From the NCBI GenBank assembly GCA_046313635.1, contig JBKBYA010000005.1, positions 157,483-221,482 on the forward strand: a DNA stretch of 64,000 nt, given 5' to 3'. Positions within the stretch are counted from its first letter, which is position 1; each line of letters starts with the position of its first letter. Position numbers and translations under genes: made by a program. Shown here in pieces: positions 57,756-64,000 of the stretch. Source of the stretch: Pyrinomonadaceae bacterium. GTDB lineage: Bacteria; Acidobacteriota; Blastocatellia; Pyrinomonadales; Pyrinomonadaceae. The notes beneath the pieces were generated by a model that was not told the DNA's origin, did no database searches, and worked only from the letters and a program-made list of their open reading frames with translations.

Positions 57756-58004
57756 CTTCAAAGAACCGATCGTTTTTTCAACGTGAAGGGTAGGCCGGTC
57801 GTCTCCCGGAGCGCTCGAGCGCCGCCGAAAACGCTTCGCCGACGAAAGATGATGATCGCTCGCCGACGTAAAACCCGCTTGACCTTTACTGCTTGTTTTG
57901 TGAACTGAGTTTTCCGGGAAAAGTGCTTAATGAGTTAAACACTTCATTAGAAATCCGACCGGCACCCGACTGACCCTTGTGGCCGTTTCCTAACGACAGA
58001 AGCA

Positions 58005-58033
58005 ATACTACGCCCGACGCGCGAGGCTGTCAA
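58005..58033 (-). promoter_or_regulatory. Sigma70 promoter of the dcw cluster
   Basis: TTGACA-N17-TAGTAT on the minus strand, about 250 nt upstream of rsmH. Confidence 0.7.
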
Positions 58034-58164
58034 GAGATTATTTGGAAGGCTTCGATTAATCACGTGTTTAAGCGATCTGCCCATCCTCGGCCGCTCAGGA
58101 ACGCGTCCGACCGGTCGTTTCTGTTTCGCTTCCGGTTGGGTTAAAGTTAGGAATTCCTGAATTT

Positions 58165-58968
58165 ATGGACCCTGTTCTTATTCAGCTACTGGCCTTTGGG
58201 CTGCTCGCCGGGGCGGCGAATATGCTCGGCGGGCTTATCTTGTTCCCATCGAGCTCGCACAACGGCTACCGGCGGAATCTGAAGTACCTGCTCGCGCTCG
58301 GGGCAGGCTTTATGCTCGCCGTCACGTTCTTTGAGATCCTGCCAAAAACGTTCTGGCTCTGGCGGGCGGCTGGCGAGAATGGGGCCGAGGGATATTTTAC
58401 TCCGATGGTGCTGCTGCTCGGCGGATATCTGCTGACGCAGTTCTTCGAGCATACGATCGCGCCGCACTTTCATCTCGGCGAGGAAGTGCATTCTTCACAC
58501 GACCTTTTGCCTAAAGGTTCGGCCTACGCGGCGGTGGGCGGGCTGCTCATTCACACGTTCTTTGACGGCATCTCGATCGCGGCCGCGTCGATGATCGACG
58601 TAAGGGTCGGCTTCCTGGTCTTTGTCGCGGTCTTTCTGCACAAGTTTCCCGAGGGTTTCACGGTCGGCTCGATGATGCTGGCCGCCGGCAAGGGCCGTCG
58701 GGGCGTGCTGGTCACGACCGGCGTGATCGGGCTCACGACCTTTGCCGGCGTCGTGCTCTATTACCTCGTCGGGCCGGCGATCGGCTTCACGCTCGCGTAC
58801 GCCTTGCCGGTCGCATGCGGCGTGACGCTTTACGTCGCGGCGAGCGACCTGATCCCGGAGGTGAATCACCACGGCGGGCAGCGGCCGTTGGTCTCGCTCT
58901 CGGTCTTTGCGGGCGTTGCGATCTTCTTTGCCGTGCACTTCACGCTGCAGGCCGTCGGCGGCGAATAA
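58165..58968 (+). CDS. ZIP (ZupT-like) divalent metal transporter
   Basis: LGAGFML, His-rich loop PHFHLGEEVH, HTFFDG, HKFPEG, YVAASDLIPE. Confidence 0.9.
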   Translation: MDPVLIQLLAFGLLAGAANMLGGLILFPSSSHNGYRRNLKYLLALGAGFMLAVTFFEILPKTFWLWRAAGENGAEGYFTPMVLLLGGYLLTQFFEHTIAPHFHLGEEVHSSHDLLPKGSAYAAVGGLLIHTFFDGISIAAASMIDVRVGFLVFVAVFLHKFPEGFTVGSMMLAAGKGRRGVLVTTGVIGLTTFAGVVLYYLVGPAIGFTLAYALPVACGVTLYVAASDLIPEVNHHGGQRPLVSLSVFAGVAIFFAVHFTLQAVGGE

Positions 58969-58972
58969 TTCT

Positions 58973-59001
58973 CCGAACTATTCCCCGAGGCCTCGCGTAC
59001 T
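58973..59001 (+). promoter_or_regulatory. ECF-type promoter of the small membrane protein gene
   Basis: CCGAAC-N17-CGTACT, followed by a GGAGG RBS. Confidence 0.5.
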
Positions 59002-59027
59002 GATTCCCGTGGAGGCAGTCAAACGAA

Positions 59028-59237
59028 ATGCGTGAACCAGTGCTTGCGGGGATATTGAGTCTCTTGGTGCCGGGCCTCGGGCAGATCTACAACGGCCGGA
59101 TCATCGTCGGCCTGCTGTGGCTCCTGCTGACCGGCGTGTCGTGGATCGGGTCGGCCGGACTCTTCGGCTGGGTCGTTCACATCATTTCGGCGTGGTGCGC
59201 GTACAGCTACGCAAAGGACCACCCCGTGCGCGTATAG
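59028..59237 (+). CDS. Small membrane protein (TM2/DUF5683-like, PGLGQIYNG motif)
   Basis: 69 aa, hydrophobic, LSLLVPGLGQIYNG; own RBS and terminator. Confidence 0.8.
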   Translation: MREPVLAGILSLLVPGLGQIYNGRIIVGLLWLLLTGVSWIGSAGLFGWVVHIISAWCAYSYAKDHPVRV

Positions 59238-59267
59238 CTTCTCTTCAAACACCATCCTCCTTTTGAA

Positions 59268-59299
59268 ACCCGGCGTCGCGTAGATGCCGGGTATTTTTT
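59268..59299 (+). terminator. Intrinsic terminator
   Basis: ACCCGGCGTC-GCGTA-GATGCCGGGT-ATTTTTT. Confidence 0.8.
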
Positions 59300-59406
59300 G
59301 CGTTTTGTGAATCGCTCGCCTAATCCGGTAAGATTCTTATTCATCAAAGGACAAACGTCGGGAGACCGCCGGGCCGCGGCGGCAAACGGATAGCGAAGGT
59401 TTGAAT

Positions 59407-60012
59407 ATGATCGCAAGAGAAGGAATACCGTTCATCGTGGTGCCCCTGGCGCTCGCGATAATTCTTGCGGTCGGTGTCTCGTGGATCGCCGGCCTAGTCG
59501 TGCTTTTGCTGGCGGCCTTTATGGTCTATTTCTTTCGCGATCCGGAGCGGGCAGTGCCCGGCGAGGACGACATCGTCGTCTCGGCCGCCGACGGTGTCGT
59601 GACGCGTGTCGACGAGTCGCCTGAGGCAAAGCTCGTCAGCGTTTTTCTCTCGCCGCTTGACGTTCATGTCAATCGCGCTCCGATCGCGGGACGCGTCGTC
59701 GCCGTCGACTACATTCGCGGCAAAAAGGTGCCGGCGACAAGCGACCAGGCGAGCCTCGTCAACGAGCGCAACTCGGTCACGATCGAGGGCGAGCGGATGA
59801 CGGTAACGGTCACGCAGATCGCAGGCATTCTAGCACGCCGTATCGTGTGCCGCTGCAGGGTCGGCGACCACCTCGCCCTGGGCGAACGGTTTGGCTTGAT
59901 AAAATTCAGCTCGCGTACCGACCTGCTGATGCCCGCAAATGTCGAGCTGCTGGTAAAGACCGGCGACCGCGTTGTCGGCGGCGAGACGATAATCGCCCGC
60001 CTCAGGCCCTAG
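59407..60012 (+). CDS. psd: Phosphatidylserine decarboxylase proenzyme (short type)
   Basis: FFRDPER, SAADG, FLSPLDVHVNRAP, NERN, QIAG..ARRI, KFSSRTD cleavage region; adjacent to pssA. Confidence 0.92.
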   Translation: MIAREGIPFIVVPLALAIILAVGVSWIAGLVVLLLAAFMVYFFRDPERAVPGEDDIVVSAADGVVTRVDESPEAKLVSVFLSPLDVHVNRAPIAGRVVAVDYIRGKKVPATSDQASLVNERNSVTIEGERMTVTVTQIAGILARRIVCRCRVGDHLALGERFGLIKFSSRTDLLMPANVELLVKTGDRVVGGETIIARLRP

Positions 60013-60030
60013 GACCCGGGCCACGCTTTT

Positions 60031-60894
60031 ATGGAAACTCAGGAAGAAAAGCCCAAGCACCGCGGCCTCAAGAAAGGTCTCTACGTGATCCCGACGCTTT
60101 TCACCGCGGCCAATGTCGCGGCGGGATTCCTCGCCGTGCTGTGGTCGATCCGCGGCTTTCAGCTCGCGACCACGGATGTCGAAGGCGCGACCCGCTATTT
60201 CAACTTCGCGGCCGTAGCGATCGGGCTGGCGATCTTGTTTGACACGCTCGACGGACGCGTCGCCCGAATGACGCGTACCGCGACTGAGATCGGCGTGCAG
60301 TTCGACTCACTTGCCGACGTGCTCACCTTTGGCATCGCGCCGATCGCTCTGGTTTACAGCTGGGGCATCGCGGTCGTCTTTCCCGAGTCGGGCCCGGCGT
60401 ACGGGATCGGCGTCTTTTTGCTTTTTATGTATTTGATGTGCGGGGCCTTCAGGCTCGCGCGCTTCAACATTCAATCGACGCGGCCGCGGGTCTTGATCGA
60501 GGGGTCGCCAAAGGTCGATAAAAAGAATTTCGTCGGACTTCCCATTCCTCCGTCGGCGGGGCTGCTCGCGTCGATCGTGCACTTTGCTCCGGCGCCGCTG
60601 AATACTTACCCAGACGACTGGCCGCGATTTTACGCGACGATGCTGATGCTGCTGATCGCTCTGCTCGGCGTGCTGATGGTGAGCACAATCCGCTATACAA
60701 GCTTTAAGAATGTCGGCACCGGACGCGGCAACCTTTATATGATCCTCGTCGTCGCGGCGATCGGGATGGCGATCTGGCTTTACTCGCAGTACGCGCTGAT
60801 CACGCTCGCCGTGCTGTACGTCTCGCACGGCATCGTCTGGTACCTCTACACGCTCGTGCGGCCGCGACGGCGCCTTCAAGTCGAGGCCCAATAA
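60031..60894 (+). CDS. pssA: CDP-diacylglycerol--serine O-phosphatidyltransferase
   Basis: DTLDGRVAR…G…DSLAD…FGIAP, RLARFN, FVGLPIP, LMVS. Confidence 0.92.
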   Translation: METQEEKPKHRGLKKGLYVIPTLFTAANVAAGFLAVLWSIRGFQLATTDVEGATRYFNFAAVAIGLAILFDTLDGRVARMTRTATEIGVQFDSLADVLTFGIAPIALVYSWGIAVVFPESGPAYGIGVFLLFMYLMCGAFRLARFNIQSTRPRVLIEGSPKVDKKNFVGLPIPPSAGLLASIVHFAPAPLNTYPDDWPRFYATMLMLLIALLGVLMVSTIRYTSFKNVGTGRGNLYMILVVAAIGMAIWLYSQYALITLAVLYVSHGIVWYLYTLVRPRRRLQVEAQ

Positions 60895-60901
60895 CGACAA
60901 C

Positions 60902-62308
60902 TTACCTGGCGAGACGCCGCTTGGCCCGCAAGGGCGAAACGATGCCGCGCGGGCTCCGGCGTGACCGCTTATGCTCGTCGTCCTCGATGTCGTCATCGTA
61001 CCGGTAACCGCACGCGACGAGCACAGCAAGCAGCCCGAGAAACAACGCCGAGATCGCCGTCGTGTGCAGCACAAAATCAAAAAGGCTGTGCACGAGCACC
61101 GCAGACACCGCTGCCGCCGCACCGACGCCGACGCCTCGTCTGAACAGATTCTTCCTCCGCGACACGCGCTTGACCTCGGCGATGAATACGACGAGAAACG
61201 CGATCCCGATCACAAGTCCCGGCACGCCCGCATCGGCCAGCACCTGAAGATAATCGTTGTGCGCCTGCTCGACGCGCTCGAGGCCGCTCGATGTGTCATA
61301 CCGTGTGTAGGCCGTATCAAAGGCGCCGATGCCGGCGCCGAGCGGCAGGTTTTGCCTGATCACCTCGACGGTCACATCCCAGATGTGCGTGCGGTTGCTG
61401 CTCACGTCCTCTGAGCCGGCCGTCTCGGCAAATCGCGAGAGTGACGATTCGCCGCCGACAAAGATCGCTCCGCCGATAACGGCGATCAGCAGTGCGATGG
61501 CCAGCGCGGCCTTGATCGCGATGCCCTTCGCCGTTCGCGAGGTCGTCGTCAGGAACAGGAGGATCGCGATCTCTGCAAGCAGAGCGACGAGCCCGCCGCG
61601 CGAGCCGCTCAAGAGGAGTGCGATGCCCATCAGCGCGATCGCCGTCACGTACAGGAGCCGCTTGTCGCGAGCGACCGCGCCGGTCAGCAGCATGGCGAGC
61701 GGCACGGCGATCGTCATCTCCATATAAGCCGCAAAATTATGCCGGTTGACGAACGAGCCGTACGGCGTCGCAAACTGCCGCTCGTATATTCCGTAGATCT
61801 TTGCCGGACTCAAGACGCCCTGCAGGATCGCAAAGAACGCGAAGACCGCGCCGAAAACGGTCAGCACCGCGACGAACCTTTGGATCCTTTTTGCCGAGTC
61901 GAGCGTCGTCAGCGTCACCGAAAAAAAGACAAGCAGGATCAGAATGTGGACCGACGTCGCCAGCGTCGCGTGCGGCTGCTGGGAGATCGTCCGGGGGACC
62001 TCCGCGAGACCGGCGGTCGAAGCGATGTCGCCGAACGGTATCGCCTGCGCGACCCCGTACAACGCGTAAGCTGCGATCACGAGCTGAAACCAGCTTCGGC
62101 TGAATCGCACGGGCGAGCTGCCGCCGGCGAGCGCGTCGGCCGCCCACACGATAGCGGCCGCAGCGACGAGCAGATAAAACAGGACGATGATCGGCTGGTG
62201 CACCGCACCGTACGCGAGAGCCGTAAAGATCACGATCGCGTTGATCAAAAAGAATGCGAGCTTGCTGGCCCGCGTCCGCTGGTTTGTCGAGACGGCGTGC
62301 TGAGTCAT
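60902..62308 (-). CDS. O-antigen ligase/Wzy_C family membrane protein
   Basis: Many TM helices, GSFVNRHNFA, SGSRGG, RTHIW, GAGIGAF, AHNDYLQ. Confidence 0.88.
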   Translation of the reverse strand: MTQHAVSTNQRTRASKLAFFLINAIVIFTALAYGAVHQPIIVLFYLLVAAAAIVWAADALAGGSSPVRFSRSWFQLVIAAYALYGVAQAIPFGDIASTAGLAEVPRTISQQPHATLATSVHILILLVFFSVTLTTLDSAKRIQRFVAVLTVFGAVFAFFAILQGVLSPAKIYGIYERQFATPYGSFVNRHNFAAYMEMTIAVPLAMLLTGAVARDKRLLYVTAIALMGIALLLSGSRGGLVALLAEIAILLFLTTTSRTAKGIAIKAALAIALLIAVIGGAIFVGGESSLSRFAETAGSEDVSSNRTHIWDVTVEVIRQNLPLGAGIGAFDTAYTRYDTSSGLERVEQAHNDYLQVLADAGVPGLVIGIAFLVVFIAEVKRVSRRKNLFRRGVGVGAAAAVSAVLVHSLFDFVLHTTAISALFLGLLAVLVACGYRYDDDIEDDEHKRSRRSPRGIVSPLRAKRRLAR

Positions 62309-63603
62309 CTTCGGCTGAGTTGAAAGTCGTCGTACCAGAGCGTGCCGGCGATCGGGCAGGCCTCGCCGCAAAAGACCCTCGAGGTCCTGATCACGATGCC
62401 CTCGCAATTCTCCGGCGTGCGAAAGTCGATGGTCATCTCCTGCCAGTCGACCGAGCCGGTCGGGACGGGCCCCGACGAGGCGAGTATCAAATTGTCGTTG
62501 CCGTTGACAACGTCGACCTGCGGCACGCCCGAACTGCGAAGATTGTCCGTGCGCACCCAGAACGAGAGTCGATAGCTGCGGCCGGGCTCGACCGCGACGA
62601 TCTGCCAGACATTGTGAAGCTCTGGCTTGACGTACACGCGGAAGTTGAGCTTCAAACTGCGGGCACCTGTGTGCTTGACCGACGTGTCGGAGCTGACGTC
62701 GAGCTTGTTGTCGCCGCGAACGATATTCCAGCCGTAAAAGTTCGCCTCCTCGGTACCGATGGCCTTTTCAAATCCGCCGTTGGTCACGGTCTCGGGCTGG
62801 GCGTCGGTATCGATGCCGACCTGCCGCGAGAACTCGAGCCCCTGCCTGAAAAATCTCTTTTCCGTCAGCGCCCGCGCGATGGTGCGTGCGGTCTGCGGGT
62901 GCTCGGCCTTTTCGTCGTTGGTCAGAGTGTTCCAGACCCTCAGCGAATCGGCCGCCCGCTCGCGTGCCGCATAAAAAAGTGCAAGGCTCGCACGCACGTC
63001 GGCTTCGTTCGATATGACCTGCTCGAGCCTCGACGGATCTTTGTCAAAGTAGTCCCACGCGAGCGAAAAGACCTGTTCACGGTAGGTCAGGTTCTTCTCG
63101 GTCGCCCGCTTGAATTCGGCAAACGCCTCGTCCCCGCGGTCGCGGCGGAGCAAAAAATTGCCGAGCTGCCAGCGCGGAAACGTATAGCTCGGCGCAAGCT
63201 CGACGCCGCGGCGAAAGGCCTGCTCGGCCTTGTCAAACTTCTCGGCCTGCTCGTAGGCGCGGCCGAGCTCGATCCACCAGCGGTAGTCGTACGGCGAGAG
63301 GCGGACGACCGTCTCGAGCAGCGCTACCGAATTGTCGATGCCCTCGGGCGTAAAGACCGACCGCTCGGTCGCGGCCCGCAGCCAGCGTGTCAGCGGGTCG
63401 TACGGCGAGAGGCCGACCGCCGCGTCGGCGGTCTCGCGCGCACGCGGGTCGTTTGGCCGCGTCAGCTCGGCGAGCATATTGCCGAGCTGCCAGCGTACGC
63501 CGTAAAAGGTGAGCAGCAGCACGATGAGGACCGCGGCCCCGACCGCGACACGGCCGGCTGTCGAGCGAGGATCTAATTCAACGAATTGTTTCGACGAGAT
63601 CAT
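62305..63603 (-). CDS. Membrane-anchored TPR protein with a C-terminal carbohydrate-binding-like (CBM4/9-type) domain
   Basis: N-terminal TM, TPRs, then VTNGGFE…GW…HTGARSL…Q…[14 protein letters not shown]…WYDDFQL. Confidence 0.82.
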   Translation of the reverse strand: MISSKQFVELDPRSTAGRVAVGAAVLIVLLLTFYGVRWQLGNMLAELTRPNDPRARETADAAVGLSPYDPLTRWLRAATERSVFTPEGIDNSVALLETVVRLSPYDYRWWIELGRAYEQAEKFDKAEQAFRRGVELAPSYTFPRWQLGNFLLRRDRGDEAFAEFKRATEKNLTYREQVFSLAWDYFDKDPSRLEQVISNEADVRASLALFYAARERAADSLRVWNTLTNDEKAEHPQTARTIARALTEKRFFRQGLEFSRQVGIDTDAQPETVTNGGFEKAIGTEEANFYGWNIVRGDNKLDVSSDTSVKHTGARSLKLNFRVYVKPELHNVWQIVAVEPGRSYRLSFWVRTDNLRSSGVPQVDVVNGNDNLILASSGPVPTGSVDWQEMTIDFRTPENCEGIVIRTSRVFCGEACPIAGTLWYDDFQLSRR

Positions 63604-64000
63604 TGGCGAAAGAGATCTGCGATCGTACCGACGACGTACTCCAGCTGCTCGCGGCGAAGCTCGGGGTAGATCGGCAGAGCGAGCGTCTCGCGTGCGGCGC
63701 GTTCCGCCTCAGGCAGATCGCCCTCGCGATAGCCGAGGTACGCAAAGCACTCCTGCAGGTGCAGCGGTACGGGATAGTAGATATCGGTGCCGACGCCCCT
63801 CTCGGTGAGATACGCGCGGAGCTCGTCGCGGCGATCCGGCACGCGGATGACAAATTGGTTATAAATGTGACGGACATCCTCGCGTTCGCGCGGCAGCACG
63901 ATCTGCTCGACGAGACCGGCGTCGGTAAAAAGCTGCCGATAGAGCGCCGCATTGCGCTGTCTCGCCTCGGTCCACGCGTCGAGATGCGGCAGCTTTACTC
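63600..64000 (-). CDS. DegT/DnrJ/EryC1/StrS family sugar aminotransferase, C-terminal part
   Basis: [44 protein letters not shown]; open to the window edge. Confidence 0.92.
   Translation of the reverse strand, partial: VKLPHLDAWTEARQRNAALYRQLFTDAGLVEQIVLPREREDVRHIYNQFVIRVPDRRDELRAYLTERGVGTDIYYPVPLHLQECFAYLGYREGDLPEAERAARETLALPIYPELRREQLEYVVGTIADLFRQ

Noticed and set aside
57762..58164. mraZ gene, RNase P RNA or SRP RNA upstream of rsmH
   Set aside because: No ORF of suitable size and none of the conserved rnpB or SRP motifs were seen.
1..64000. CRISPR array, prophage, transposase or anti-phage defence genes
   Set aside because: No regularly spaced direct repeats and no recognisable Cas, phage, transposase or defence proteins among the ORFs.

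Overview
High-GC bacterial chromosomal segment with no phage, integrase, transposase or CRISPR array. The gene families (acidobacterial-type VWA protein, many TPR proteins, Hanks kinase, bacterial alpha-2-macroglobulin) suggest Acidobacteriota, probably Blastocatellia; this is inference. The right half is housekeeping: NtrY/NtrX-like two-component pair, nadC, valS, a RomR-like response regulator, pdxA, a dcw cluster (rsmH-ftsL-ftsI-murF-mraY-murD-ftsW-murG-murC-ftsQ-ftsA-ftsZ, without mraZ, murE, murB or ddl), a ZIP transporter, psd-pssA and the end of a glycosylation operon. The left half is envelope and signalling related: der (partial), kdsD, tandem NTF2-like proteins, alpha-2-macroglobulin divergent from a pspA operon, a PilT-family ATPase, an ATP-grasp enzyme, an ECF sigma/anti-sigma pair, a Ser/Thr kinase-TPR module, VWA, tRNA-Arg and an M3 peptidase. 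The most notable non-obvious signals are: a 165-nt four-way-junction RNA between the ECF sigma and its anti-sigma, whose C-terminus looks TonB-C-like; a shared AAC-N17-CGT ECF promoter in front of pspA, VWA, the M3 peptidase and a small membrane protein; a TonB-receptor-plug-like peptide in the A2M bait region; two in-frame REP-like insertions in A2M; tandem NrdR-box-like sites before ftsZ; and a structured leader in place of mraZ. All family assignments come from reading motifs by eye, not from database searches.
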